From a virus (lineage: Duplodnaviria; Caudoviricetes), in the IMG/VR virus record IMGVR_UViG_3300033415_000074, positions 1 through 31,702 of that record: DNA of 31,702 nt. One strand, given 5' to 3'. Below are positions 7,488 through 18,441 of this stretch, in pieces; the first letter of the stretch is position 1; each line of letters starts with the position of its first letter. A program made the translations under genes and the position numbers. The notes beneath the pieces were generated by a model. The model made no database searches. It was not told the DNA's origin and saw nothing but the letters and a program-made list of their open reading frames with translations.

Positions 7488-9497
7488 CTACAAAACATTT
7501 GTACCAACCCATGTAACCGTGACCGTAAATGCCGAGACTTGTACCGTGATTGCCTCATCGGTATACCTGTTCCTCCAAACTATTTCTGTCGCGATTACAC
7601 TAAATGCAGAAACCTGCGCCGTAATATATTCTGGTAACAACGGATTCGGTAATCGTACCAAGTCAGCTGGTGTAAACGCCACCGAAAACGACTGAACGAT
7701 TCCATCGTTTCCAGCCAAATTTCCTGTAAGTTGTGAATATGCAACCGTTAAATTCCCCTCGACGTTCTGGAAATGCTTGAGTCTTTTCATTGTCAGCAAC
7801 ACTTCATTATCTGGTGTAGTTGCATCGGAAATTATAAACGAAGTGAGCGTAGGTGTGATGTTTGTATTTGTAGTTGAGAACGATTGTTTGAACCAAAGGT
7901 GTGTATTTGAAACTGTGAGGGTATCCCCAGAACTTACGGAAGTCCAAGATGATGGGTTACCACCACTAGTAAAAGCGTATTCTATTGATACGGATGTTCC
8001 GCTTGGTAAATCACTTGTCCATGTTGGAATAATATTGGTTGGGAATCCTGCGGTGAGAATCGCTGGCGTTGTTCGATAACCAGATGTAGCATAAGCAGAA
8101 TTCTCTACTGCAAATCCATAGGCCGCCCACTGATCGGCGACAGAAATTGTGAATGTTGCCTCATCGATTCTCGTTGACTCGTCGTTGTTTGTTGCAATTA
8201 CAACACCACTTCCTGCGGTTGTTGTGCTGATCTGACTTATACGATTATCAGGTCTGTTTGTCGGATACGCTGAAACTGTTTGGTTGTAATCCCATCCTGC
8301 AGCAGAAATCGCAAGTCTTTTCTTTATGCTGTCAAATGCCGCAACACCGCCCCACGGAACAGTTGGAGTCTTTGGGCTTACTGTTGTGCCGATATTGTAA
8401 GATGTTCCAGCTATAATTCGTGCTTGAGGAATCCGTAAACATATCCACGTTGTACATTCACTGGCATGAGTAACATTAAATCCTGCAATCGTTCCTGTGG
8501 CGACCCGATAAAATACGGAAAAATAACTTCCACCACTCGATATCCCAAATAAGAGTGTCCAATCTGTTGGTGTGGTAGGAGCAGTTGTTCCGTCTTTGCT
8601 AAATAGTAGGACGACCAAATCGTTCGCCACAATTCCAGTCGGAAGAGCAATTGCTGTGATTACGCCGTTTACATTTATACCACCACGTGAGTTGGAGGCA
8701 ATAGTAGGAAAAGAATCTGCGGTTGCAAGCTGCACCCCCTCGGGTCTCCATAGGTCACGGAACTCAACGTCTGATAATGTGCCATCAGTCAACACATCTT
8801 CATGGTACACAGTGCTTTGATGTGCTTCCACTTTTTCGACAATATAACTCCCATTGACCAACGTGCCTAAGTCTTGACTCGGCATCTCGACCCATTGTGG
8901 TTCGACTCCCGCGACTGTGAAGGCCGGTGCGTCCGTGTATGAGTAATACGGTTGACAAATAAACTCTGCGGTGTTCAGATCATAAAACATTCCGTCATTT
9001 GAACCATCATAAACCATAAACCATTCGGAGTTGTCATTTGATCCTTCCAGAATAAAATCTCTAACTCCACGTAATTGATAAGTACTTATAACAAACTTTG
9101 TGGCGGACACGCCTTTTCCTGCACCAAGATCTACCTTCAACCACTGCCCACCAGACTGTGTAGTGGCTGCCTGCCACCATGTTCCGGTATTTCCATCGAA
9201 TGCTTTTGCAGCAATATAGGTCGAGCTAGACTGTGAAGATGCAGAATATACCTGTCCACCACCTTGACTCGTTCCTCTGGCAATTTCTTGTTCCGAACCG
9301 CTAATCGTCGCATATATTCCAAGTTCTGAAATCATTAATATTCCGTCATTTGTATTGAGAGTCAAGGTTCCGTTTCCCCAAATTCGATACGCAACAAGCC
9401 GATAATATCGAAATGTCATCACGGTCTTGTCGAACGTGTTTGTTAATGATTGTGTGAATCGCATTCCGATCTTGGTGCCATCTTGTTTCTTACTCAT
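7488..9497 (-). CDS. Tail/baseplate protein with a discoidin (F5/8 type C, CBM32-like) domain
   Basis: Start revised to ATG 9497 (GGAGG RBS); ASSQ..AAKAFDGNTGTWW..QWLKVDLG..FILEGSNDNSEW is the discoidin pattern. Confidence 0.8.
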   Translation of the reverse strand: MSKKQDGTKIGMRFTQSLTNTFDKTVMTFRYYRLVAYRIWGNGTLTLNTNDGILMISELGIYATISGSEQEIARGTSQGGGQVYSASSQSSSTYIAAKAFDGNTGTWWQAATTQSGGQWLKVDLGAGKGVSATKFVISTYQLRGVRDFILEGSNDNSEWFMVYDGSNDGMFYDLNTAEFICQPYYSYTDAPAFTVAGVEPQWVEMPSQDLGTLVNGSYIVEKVEAHQSTVYHEDVLTDGTLSDVEFRDLWRPEGVQLATADSFPTIASNSRGGINVNGVITAIALPTGIVANDLVVLLFSKDGTTAPTTPTDWTLLFGISSGGSYFSVFYRVATGTIAGFNVTHASECTTWICLRIPQARIIAGTSYNIGTTVSPKTPTVPWGGVAAFDSIKKRLAISAAGWDYNQTVSAYPTNRPDNRISQISTTTAGSGVVIATNNDESTRIDEATFTISVADQWAAYGFAVENSAYATSGYRTTPAILTAGFPTNIIPTWTSDLPSGTSVSIEYAFTSGGNPSSWTSVSSGDTLTVSNTHLWFKQSFSTTNTNITPTLTSFIISDATTPDNEVLLTMKRLKHFQNVEGNLTVAYSQLTGNLAGNDGIVQSFSVAFTPADLVRLPNPLLPEYITAQVSAFSVIATEIVWRNRYTDEAITVQVSAFTVTVTWVGTNVL

Positions 9498-10047
9498 TCC
9501 AGATAGCCTCCAATCCGGGCACCTCTGGTGCGCCAAGGTTTATCGGTGTAAATGTGACGTTAAAACTAGAAATAGATTGTCCAACGCCACCCTGTAGCCC
9601 ACCAGACGCATCCGTATAATGAACCGTCAAATCTCCAACCGAAGCATTGAAATCTTGGGCGTCTAACCAAAGTACGTTGTAAGGATATGTTTCCACGATT
9701 GCCGTTGCTGTGCCAAGATAGGTATGTGAGGCTGTATCCGTGACCGTGAATTTCGCTTCCTGCCCAATTCCATTTGTGATGTCATGGTCGAATATGATAC
9801 CGATTCGATTACCCCATTGATCGGTTGTGGATTCGATGTTCTGCGCTGATACCGGAACAGTATCGCCAGCATATCTAACCCAGACACTTATATCAGATAC
9901 TGAAGCGGTTAAGGATTCTTCGAGTTCGTAATTGTGCCAAAAGACTTCGGTCGTAGCCACGGAAAACAGAGATATCATAGCAGTGATCTGGTTAAGATCA
10001 GGCGTTCCCTGTGCGGCCCATATGCCGTATCTAATAAATAGCGACAT
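9490..10047 (-). CDS. Minor tail protein, paralogous to the termini of 7488..9497
   Basis: AAGGAGGT RBS; beta-rich; shares GxxIGxxF and GxLTVxY...SFxVxFTPxxL motifs with the downstream protein. Confidence 0.7.
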   Translation of the reverse strand: MSLFIRYGIWAAQGTPDLNQITAMISLFSVATTEVFWHNYELEESLTASVSDISVWVRYAGDTVPVSAQNIESTTDQWGNRIGIIFDHDITNGIGQEAKFTVTDTASHTYLGTATAIVETYPYNVLWLDAQDFNASVGDLTVHYTDASGGLQGGVGQSISSFNVTFTPINLGAPEVPGLEAIWNE

Positions 10048-10057
10048 ATGACCTCCT

Positions 10058-12001
10058 TTATGCCTTTAACGCGCCAACTAAAAGCCACTCATCTGTACCA
10101 ATTTTCTTGAGTGTGGCAGTTGTGTATTGCCCATACAGTTGCAGATTCGTGCCAGGAGAATTGACGGTCACGCCCGACCCCTTTGCGATGCTAACGTTTC
10201 CTTCTCCATATCGAATAACTGCGATCTCCGTGTCGATAGGAAATGCAACTGATGCATTTGGGGGAACGGTAATAGTCACAGATGATATACTATCCACCTT
10301 CTGGACTGTGTTTGCATCTGTGAGTGCGAGGGTTTTATTCAGATTAACGTTAATAGTGGCAGGATCACTTGACCCACCGCCTCCAGTACTTCCGTCGTCC
10401 GTCAATGAAAAAACTACTTCTGTTCCTGCGGAGAGTGTTCCAGCACCTGTTGCAACATAGGTAATGTATAAACCGTCTGATTTTTTCTCGATTTCTGCCT
10501 TACCATTTTCTCCAACGCCAGTACCTGCTCCAAGTTCAATTAATGGATTATAATTACCTGTCCCTGAATCATAGCGGTGTAAGAGGGAGAGTTTGACAAA
10601 TCCAATACCATCAGGTCCATTATAGACAAATCGCATCACTGGAAAATCATTTTCAGTTTCGGTGATACCGGTTCCGATACTTTCAGCATCGACCCAATAT
10701 AAGGGTGCTCCCGTTCTTCCCGTAACTTGAATTTCGTCCACATTCAACGGATCTGGTATCTGTGCATCAAAAAACTCGATGTATTGGTCGTGACCTCTCC
10801 AGTATCCAATCGGTGCGAGTCTAAGCGGATCAGTTGATGGAAGGAGATACCGGATAACCATGTCAGATGTATCGATCTCATCAACCGTCAGCTCCGCAAT
10901 ATACCCCTTTTGCGCAGTAAGATTATTCACAATAACTGTATTAGATATGACAATATCTATCTCAGCCTTCAAAGCTTCGATTGTGTCTGCAGATAGTGTT
11001 CCGTCGAAGATATAGAGTCCTGTTGCTGGGTCGAAATATATCTTAGGAAGCCAATTACCAAGACCGTCTCCTACTTGCATTTGAAATGTATCGGCATTCA
11101 TAACAGTTCTAGCCATTAGATCACTACGGATAGATTCAAATCCATATTCAGGACTGATACGAGCTCCATAATATGTTTTACCTTTAACAAGCGAAGAAGT
11201 TTCAATTCTAAATAAGGAACTAGCTAAATCATTAATATAATTAGAGAAAACAAGACTTGTATCCATCTCATCATAAGGATTTGTAGTTAAACGAACAACT
11301 CGAAGTTGCTCATTCAATCCAAGTTCTGGTTGCCTTAGAACGACATTATCGCCTAATTCGTACGAATCCCCTGGTAAGTATATGGGAGTACATGAATATG
11401 ATACGAGATTGTTCCCGTCCTTATCCTTCTGCCTCTTATTCAGGGTCTTCTCGACTATCTTGATGTTTCTGTCTTTAATAATGGATGTAACTTCTGTAGA
11501 GCCACGATGTACTACGATGTCGACAACAAAATTATTGAAGTTAACTTCCCCACCAAGGTACGCTACAAACTCCATGACGAGTTGACGACGACTCTTGGCT
11601 TCTTGTGCCGAATATGTTACTGACGTAGAAAACCCTAATGTACCAACTGAAAAGGGTGTCTCGTCCAAGATTTCACCTAAAATAGAGGAGGGAAGGCCCG
11701 TCCCAGCAAAATATGGCATGTTGTATGTAGGATTATTAAGTCGATATGACACGTGCTCTGCTTCTACATCGATGGTGAATGTGTTGTCAGTATTCGCACT
11801 CTTTTTGAGGTAAGCAATGTCGAAGTATTGACCATCAACTTCAAATATGGCATTGTCAGTTATCAAACTAGCCATCTTATTGTCTAGTATCGTCGTGAAA
11901 TCTAATGTATTCTCGCCATTAATTTCCTCCAAGCGAGTGGTAGATAATACATTTTTAATCACTCCAAGACCTACAAAGCTACTATCAACAATTCTTATCA
12001 T
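10058..12001 (-). CDS. Tal / prophage endopeptidase-like tail tip protein with a C-terminal fibre-tip domain
   Basis: Follows Dit; N-terminal EEINGENTLDF...VEAEHVSYRL pattern of Bacillota phage tail endopeptidase/gp27-like hubs; C-terminal TITVPPNASVAFPID...WLLVGAL domain. Confidence 0.8.
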   Translation of the reverse strand: MIRIVDSSFVGLGVIKNVLSTTRLEEINGENTLDFTTILDNKMASLITDNAIFEVDGQYFDIAYLKKSANTDNTFTIDVEAEHVSYRLNNPTYNMPYFAGTGLPSSILGEILDETPFSVGTLGFSTSVTYSAQEAKSRRQLVMEFVAYLGGEVNFNNFVVDIVVHRGSTEVTSIIKDRNIKIVEKTLNKRQKDKDGNNLVSYSCTPIYLPGDSYELGDNVVLRQPELGLNEQLRVVRLTTNPYDEMDTSLVFSNYINDLASSLFRIETSSLVKGKTYYGARISPEYGFESIRSDLMARTVMNADTFQMQVGDGLGNWLPKIYFDPATGLYIFDGTLSADTIEALKAEIDIVISNTVIVNNLTAQKGYIAELTVDEIDTSDMVIRYLLPSTDPLRLAPIGYWRGHDQYIEFFDAQIPDPLNVDEIQVTGRTGAPLYWVDAESIGTGITETENDFPVMRFVYNGPDGIGFVKLSLLHRYDSGTGNYNPLIELGAGTGVGENGKAEIEKKSDGLYITYVATGAGTLSAGTEVVFSLTDDGSTGGGGSSDPATINVNLNKTLALTDANTVQKVDSISSVTITVPPNASVAFPIDTEIAVIRYGEGNVSIAKGSGVTVNSPGTNLQLYGQYTTATLKKIGTDEWLLVGALKA

Positions 12002-12025
12002 AGGGTCCCTTCCCTCCTCCCTCTG

Positions 12026-12787
12026 TCATAACCACAGCGGAATATACTCGACAGTTACAGTTGCAGTAAGACCTGTTCCCGTGATTGATAGTGTATTTTC
12101 GCCTGGAATAACATGCAAAAATGTATCGGTAGCTCCCGTTAGGGAACCATATTTGTTGACACCACCAAGATCTGCTTCCAACTCGATGTTATCAATCGTC
12201 AGAACTCCGGTTCCTGCGCCAGTATATGTCAAGGTCTTTCCGTTAAGAGTTAATGCCAGAGTAGTCCATGAACCATCAACTATCATTTTGAATTTGCTAC
12301 CTTGAGGACTTCTGGAGTTGATAATGCGAGTTCCTGGATTTATGAAAACCAAAGTTCCTGATGCTGCTAGAACTACTTCCTCAGATTCCTCGGTCACAGA
12401 GTAAGCAAAGGGCTGGCAGTCGAACGTAATGTTGGCTGTACCAGACCCCCACAAACTCTCAAGCTCAATTTCGTCAGTAACCTTCGCGAGATAATACTTA
12501 TCTGGTTCGTCATTGATAATCAATCTACACCAAGAGCCAACGCTAAGCCAAGCAGCAATACTTCGGGCACGTGTGCGCAACTCCTCGTAACTGGTGCCAA
12601 TGTAGGCAATCCGCATTGTGAGGTTACGCATGGAATGTTCGTTGTCGTCGAAGTCATAGACTCCAGACACGCCAACGGGGTCAATTCTCCGAACCTTAAC
12701 GGCAGGGAGTAGAGGCCGTTTGATAGATTTACAGACAAGTGAATAATACGAACTCTCTACGTTGTTGAAGTTAAATGCGCCTATCAT
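12026..12787 (-). CDS. Distal tail protein (Dit)
   Basis: Directly after the tape measure gene; FNFNNVES, IAAWLS, DEPDKYYLA, ITFDCQPFAYS and PGENTL motifs. Confidence 0.88.
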   Translation of the reverse strand: MIGAFNFNNVESSYYSLVCKSIKRPLLPAVKVRRIDPVGVSGVYDFDDNEHSMRNLTMRIAYIGTSYEELRTRARSIAAWLSVGSWCRLIINDEPDKYYLAKVTDEIELESLWGSGTANITFDCQPFAYSVTEESEEVVLAASGTLVFINPGTRIINSRSPQGSKFKMIVDGSWTTLALTLNGKTLTYTGAGTGVLTIDNIELEADLGGVNKYGSLTGATDTFLHVIPGENTLSITGTGLTATVTVEYIPLWL

Positions 12788-15700
12788 AAAGCAACTACTC
12801 CCTTCGCATTATTATACCGATCGATGATGTTCCCAAGTTTGTTGCTAATCGTCCGAATGTCATTATCGTTTCGTACAGAGAAGTGGTTAACCATTTGGAT
12901 TTTGGAATTGTCAGTATTGTTTGTGGAGGCAACATCGTTCGTCCCTACAGCAGTCCTTCCAGGAGCAGATATACTAGCCACTTTAAGTTGTGACGCCGAT
13001 ACATTAAGTCCCTTACTACCAAATATGGAATTCAGTTGCTTTCCACCATTCTCAATATTGGTCAAATCCAGAACAGGTCTAATTGTAGGGGTAACGTCGA
13101 GACTACCATTTACCATATCAGAGATTCTTGAAATCGTAGACTGCAGTGCGGATATAGCGACGTTACCAACGCCGACAGCAGAAGTCTTAACAACGCTAGT
13201 AAAATTATTTAGTCCGAGTGCAAAACCTTGATCCGCGTACATTCCGAGTTTAGCAAACTCCACTGATGGAGAATGGGCTCCGATAGCAAATTTGGCAGCT
13301 TCAAGAGCATCCGTCGCCATCTTTGCAGAGGCTGTGGCAAGATTTACCGCTTCGGTCTTAATCCCGGAAATCATTCCATCGACCACACCAACGCCTAGTT
13401 CTGCCCAGTTCGGTTTCTTGATCTCAGCAGTAACGTTGGTACCAAGTGTAGCGAACTCTTTCTCGGTCTCCGTGCGAAGTGTTCCAATCTTACCGAGCCA
13501 CTCGGCTTTAAGTACATCAAGTTGCGAAGTAGATTCAGTGGTCAGAGCCTTCAATTGAATAGCCCAAGATTCCCGATACAATTCAAGTTCTGTTACTGCA
13601 TCGGACTTGAGTAGTGAAATCTTATTGATCGATTCAACACGAAGGCCTTCGAGTTCCTGAACAGACTGCTTCTTTGCGAGTTTGTGTTTCTCTTCCCACA
13701 TAGAAGCGTAATTGGTCAATTCAGCAGCACTAAGAGAATCCAACGCCTTGATTTGTTCAACAGATTGTGGACCCATGGCTTCAAGTTCAGAAATAAGACC
13801 ACTGCTAAGCCCCTTACCAGCAAGACTTTCCAGCCTAATTTGCCAGGTCTTGAATTCAATGATTTGGCTCTGTAGATTCGCAAGTAGTTTTATACCACTA
13901 ACTGGTTCGGCTTTAGCCACTTCATCAAATAAGCCCCGCGCATTGTACAAGGCATCCGAACGTTCACGAACTGCATTGTTATACTCATCCGTGACTGCTT
14001 GAATATCCTGAACCAGCCGGTCGTTGATACTTTTGGTAGCGTCGTAATAGTCTTTCTCGAGTTGAAGTCTCTTCTCCTTAGTATCATTTTGAACTGCGAG
14101 AACGCCCTTTGAATATGTCATATCCGCAGAGGCGATCTCATTCTTCAGCCTATAGATTTCTCTATCTGCCTTACGACGTTCATCCGATCCCTGTTTATAC
14201 CGCTTCTGGACACGCTCCCACGCTGCAAGTTCTGTGTTTAGACTCATCGTATTGTAGTATTTGCGGTCCTCGATGTACGCCAGAGACTCTTCGAACGCAG
14301 TCTTGACGGTCTTTGTGATTCCACCAGTAGAGGCTGTTAGTTTGGGTTTCGCGTCGGTAACGCCAGTTCCAACTGAGTCACTTAGAGTCTCGCCAACCTT
14401 GTTCCCTAACTTCTCGACGTTGCGTGTGTATTGGTTATCCCACATACTTGTGTCTCTGAAGGGGGTTGTTACACCAGGAATATCCCTTTGGCCATTCTTC
14501 ATGGCCTCAAATACTGCCCGACTATCCCAGTTATCAATTGGTTTACGAACAGCGTCAACAACTTTCTGACCCATCTCTGCCGCAGCGTCAACAGCGCCTT
14601 GAGTACTGCTACGAATACCATTACCCAAACCCATACCAGAGTACTGACCTATTTGGTCAAATTCGTATGAAGGAGAGGCAATTCCAAGAACCTGTTTAGC
14701 CGAGTCTAGAACAGAAGACGCAAGTTCTCCAGCCCAGTCGGCGGCTTCTTTGATTTTGCTTCTTAGTCCATTGATAAACCCGTCGACCATATCCTTACCC
14801 ATGTCTGCGAATCCAACAATCGCTTTACCTCCCGCTTCAATGGTCGCTGAAATAAGATTACGAATAGCCTTTACCATCGGGTCGGCGTTGTTACGGATTG
14901 CGTTTGCTGTTCCGTTGATGAACGCAAGAATAAGGTTGACGCCAGCTTGAATGACTTCTGGTATCATGTCGATCACACCATTAATGAACTCCGTGACAAT
15001 CTTGATTGCTATCTTGACAACGTCACGAATATGAGTGGCTAGTCCGGTCAGAATACCGATGATAAGTTCCATGCCATCTTCAACGAGTTGAGGAACATAC
15101 TGAAGTAATGTAGAGGAGAGTTTCATGAGCAATACCATAATTCCATCAACAACTTTCGGAATGATAGCAATCAAGGCGTCGATCAATGCCCCTACGAGTT
15201 TGACAATAGCCTTTACAAGTTCGGGAGCAGCATCGCCTAACACTACTGCGAGCGCAACGATGCCTTCGCCTAACTTGCGAAGAGCCAAAGGAATAAGACC
15301 AATTATAGCCGTGACGATGACGGTTATTGCAGCCGCGGCACCTGTTCCAGCAACAGCTAAGGCAGATAAGCCAGTAGCAAATAACAAGACGCCTCCGCCA
15401 ATTGCCAGTAAACCAACACCAAGTAAGGCAATTGCAGCAGCGAGGCCGAGTATTGATGGTATTATTGGCGTGAGGACGAGCGCCGCAATCCCGATGACAG
15501 CGAATGCTCCCGCAAGAGCAACGAGTCCTTTTCCAATTGATTCCCAAGACATTGAGCCAAGAAGCATTAGTACAGGCGCAAGTATAGCAAGAGCTGCAGA
15601 AACAACGAGTAATGCTGCTGCTCCAGGAAGAGCAGTCTTCATCAGGAACATCGCACCGGCGATAATACCAAGGCCTGCTGCTAGAGCGATCCCTCCTTGA

Positions 15701-18441
15701 ATAAGCTCGCCTGTATCCATCCCACCAAGTTGACCAATAACTTGTGCAAATATGAGTAAGGCTCCACCAAGGATTGTCAATCCTACAGCAGTTGCTACTA
15801 TCTTACCTGCGCCGCCAAGGGCCTTGGAGAATATAGTAAGTTGAAGCATGACCATTGTAACTGCGCCTAATCCCTGAAGAAGTGCGCCAGGGTTCATGTC
15901 TGCGAACATTTTAACTGCGTTGGCAAGTACGAGAACGCCTGCCGCCAAGGCAAGTAGTCCTAGACCTTGGCCAATACCCATTTGGTTCACGCTAGCAAAT
16001 TTGGCGAACAGCCCCAACTCAGCGATAAGAACGCCAACACCAACCAATCCCTTAGTGAGAGTAGCTGCGTCAAGTGCACCAAGTTCTTTAACAACATCAA
16101 CCAATGCTCGAATAGCAAAAGCAAATACAACAAGTCCAGCCGCACCCATGAATAACTGCTTCGTGTTCTTGTCAATGGATTTTGCAACGGTGACTAGCGT
16201 CGCCGATAATAAAGCGATGGTTCCGAGGCCTTTAATTGTGTCTTCCCAGGATAAATCGGCTAGAGTTTTCATAGCAACGGATAGAATAAGAACAGCCACC
16301 GATAAAGAAATAAGTGCGGCCGTAGTCTTGTTAAGTCCGACAAACCCCTTGGGTCCCATAACTTTCGTTAAGATAGCCATGGAGGCAGTTAATTCAGCAA
16401 AGAGTACAGTAATCGCACCGAGAGCTACTGTTAGTTTTATGGGATCAATCAGGGATAGAACAACTAGTGACGCCGCAAGAATAGCGATTGCTCCTGCGAT
16501 CTGCATCAGGGTTCCAGCTTTTAAGGACGTTTGATATGCTTCGAGACTTCCCTTCACGCCATCCAGAATTCCTTTGATGCCATCAAGCATTCCTTTTCCG
16601 CCATCTGTAATCGAGGTCAATGAGGCAATGAACTTCTTAATCCCAACAAGAATCAAGGAGAATATACCTGCATTGAAGACATCCAGAAGAGCGTTGAAGT
16701 CAAAGGTCTCTAAGGACTTTGTTATACCGTCTCGTAACTGACCAATACCCTCTCCTGCAATTGCTGCCATCTTTCCAATGATAGGAAATACTTTCTTAAC
16801 TTCAGCCACGATGCCCTTAAATATAGTTCCGATAAAGTCGAAGAACTTAACGAATGGGCCAAATCGTTTGTTTACTCTGTCTGAGAAAGTATCCAAACCA
16901 CTCATATCGATGTCGCCGAACGAAGCAAATACACCTGAAATATAGGCGAATCCTGCTTTAAGGGCATCGATGACTGGCGTTAGAAAATTCCCAATCTTAG
17001 CAAACGCTTTTCCAAAGAAATCAGTTGTCCGAATCATCTCGTTGAGCCCAACAAGATAATCTCCAAACGAAGCCGTAACTCCAAGGATACTATCTCCCAT
17101 AGGGAACAAAGATTTAATAAACGGCATGACTGCATTTACGATGGCTACGAATGCTTGTCTACCAATATCCAAAAGGGCAAAGAATCCCTTGAATGTGCTC
17201 TTAATTTTTGCAAGAGTTTCATCTCCCATTTTGAATTTCTCGGTTAGGGCAAGAAACGCCTCTGACATCCTGACTAACTTAATACCTGTGATCGGTGGAA
17301 AAATCTCTTTGAATGCCTCAGAGATAGGCGCGAGTACCCGTTGTAATCCCTTTATTACATTTGTAATGCCAGCAATTACTGCATCTCGTCCACCAAATGC
17401 TTTCCAGAAGAGTGTCATGTTGTTTCTGGCAGTTTCTGCTGGGCCGATTAGGTTGTTGAACGCGTCGTTGATTGCAGTTAAGGTTTTTGTAGCTTCGTTT
17501 TTGTCGCCAATGATATTTTCCCAGGTTACTGCCCAACCAGATTGAACAGATTCTTTCATGGTGCTGAACAACTGGGTAAAGGTCTTGACGTCCTGAGCCG
17601 CTTTTAATAGCGATTCGTCGTCTGCCATTTTAGAAAGAGTTGCTGTCAGGATTTCAGAGGTTAACCATCCCTGTTCAAGGGTTTCTCTGAATGGTTTAGA
17701 AGCATCAACAACGACACCCATCTCTTTAGCTGTCTTCGTTAAGGCATTCTTAAAGAGTTCACCACCCATGCCAGCATTGACAACTGAGTTCCAGTCCATT
17801 AACTTAACTGTTCCAGAGGCCATTGCTTGAGACAGTTGATACATGGCTGTCGACGCCTGTTGAGCGTTCGAACCTGAACCAGCAGCTAGATTGGCGATAC
17901 CCTTGATGGATTTCGCTGCAAGATTAACATCGATACCAGCCGCGGTAAACGTACCTACATTCTTTGCCATCTCGGCAAAGTTATAGATTGTCTTGTCTGC
18001 GTATTGATTCAACTCATCCAGAACATCAGTGACCTGAGTCAGGGTTGTCCCTTTGCTTGCAGTATTTGTCAGGATGGTTTGAATGGCGCCCATCTTTGTC
18101 TCGTATTCATTGAAACCCATCTTGATAGGATCAAGCGTGAGACTAGATACGAACCTTTTACTCATGTTAACTGCTGAGTTGGTGAGATTCTGGAGGGTAG
18201 TAATACCTATTGCACCAAGTGCCGTGAATTTAGCAGAGATGTTATCGACGCCAAGGGCAATGCTGCTAAGATTAAAGTTGCGAGCCGCATTCTGAAGTGA
18301 GGATAATCCTTTTGATGCTTTATTAAAATCGAGATTCTTTTTTAAAGTATCAATCGAATTGATACTAGTCTTGACGCCACTCTCAAACTGTTTGTTATCA
18401 AAGTGCATACCTACGACGCGTTCATCGACTGTCGTACTCAT
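12784..18441 (-). CDS. Tape measure protein (~1885 aa)
   Basis: Start revised to ATG 18441 (MSTTVDERVV); very long Ala/Gly/Leu-rich helical protein with a tape-measure N-domain (YADKTIYNF, MYQLSQAM) and a hydrophobic central region. Confidence 0.95.
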   Translation of the reverse strand: MSTTVDERVVGMHFDNKQFESGVKTSINSIDTLKKNLDFNKASKGLSSLQNAARNFNLSSIALGVDNISAKFTALGAIGITTLQNLTNSAVNMSKRFVSSLTLDPIKMGFNEYETKMGAIQTILTNTASKGTTLTQVTDVLDELNQYADKTIYNFAEMAKNVGTFTAAGIDVNLAAKSIKGIANLAAGSGSNAQQASTAMYQLSQAMASGTVKLMDWNSVVNAGMGGELFKNALTKTAKEMGVVVDASKPFRETLEQGWLTSEILTATLSKMADDESLLKAAQDVKTFTQLFSTMKESVQSGWAVTWENIIGDKNEATKTLTAINDAFNNLIGPAETARNNMTLFWKAFGGRDAVIAGITNVIKGLQRVLAPISEAFKEIFPPITGIKLVRMSEAFLALTEKFKMGDETLAKIKSTFKGFFALLDIGRQAFVAIVNAVMPFIKSLFPMGDSILGVTASFGDYLVGLNEMIRTTDFFGKAFAKIGNFLTPVIDALKAGFAYISGVFASFGDIDMSGLDTFSDRVNKRFGPFVKFFDFIGTIFKGIVAEVKKVFPIIGKMAAIAGEGIGQLRDGITKSLETFDFNALLDVFNAGIFSLILVGIKKFIASLTSITDGGKGMLDGIKGILDGVKGSLEAYQTSLKAGTLMQIAGAIAILAASLVVLSLIDPIKLTVALGAITVLFAELTASMAILTKVMGPKGFVGLNKTTAALISLSVAVLILSVAMKTLADLSWEDTIKGLGTIALLSATLVTVAKSIDKNTKQLFMGAAGLVVFAFAIRALVDVVKELGALDAATLTKGLVGVGVLIAELGLFAKFASVNQMGIGQGLGLLALAAGVLVLANAVKMFADMNPGALLQGLGAVTMVMLQLTIFSKALGGAGKIVATAVGLTILGGALLIFAQVIGQLGGMDTGELIQGGIALAAGLGIIAGAMFLMKTALPGAAALLVVSAALAILAPVLMLLGSMSWESIGKGLVALAGAFAVIGIAALVLTPIIPSILGLAAAIALLGVGLLAIGGGVLLFATGLSALAVAGTGAAAAITVIVTAIIGLIPLALRKLGEGIVALAVVLGDAAPELVKAIVKLVGALIDALIAIIPKVVDGIMVLLMKLSSTLLQYVPQLVEDGMELIIGILTGLATHIRDVVKIAIKIVTEFINGVIDMIPEVIQAGVNLILAFINGTANAIRNNADPMVKAIRNLISATIEAGGKAIVGFADMGKDMVDGFINGLRSKIKEAADWAGELASSVLDSAKQVLGIASPSYEFDQIGQYSGMGLGNGIRSSTQGAVDAAAEMGQKVVDAVRKPIDNWDSRAVFEAMKNGQRDIPGVTTPFRDTSMWDNQYTRNVEKLGNKVGETLSDSVGTGVTDAKPKLTASTGGITKTVKTAFEESLAYIEDRKYYNTMSLNTELAAWERVQKRYKQGSDERRKADREIYRLKNEIASADMTYSKGVLAVQNDTKEKRLQLEKDYYDATKSINDRLVQDIQAVTDEYNNAVRERSDALYNARGLFDEVAKAEPVSGIKLLANLQSQIIEFKTWQIRLESLAGKGLSSGLISELEAMGPQSVEQIKALDSLSAAELTNYASMWEEKHKLAKKQSVQELEGLRVESINKISLLKSDAVTELELYRESWAIQLKALTTESTSQLDVLKAEWLGKIGTLRTETEKEFATLGTNVTAEIKKPNWAELGVGVVDGMISGIKTEAVNLATASAKMATDALEAAKFAIGAHSPSVEFAKLGMYADQGFALGLNNFTSVVKTSAVGVGNVAISALQSTISRISDMVNGSLDVTPTIRPVLDLTNIENGGKQLNSIFGSKGLNVSASQLKVASISAPGRTAVGTNDVASTNNTDNSKIQMVNHFSVRNDNDIRTISNKLGNIIDRYNNAKGVVAL

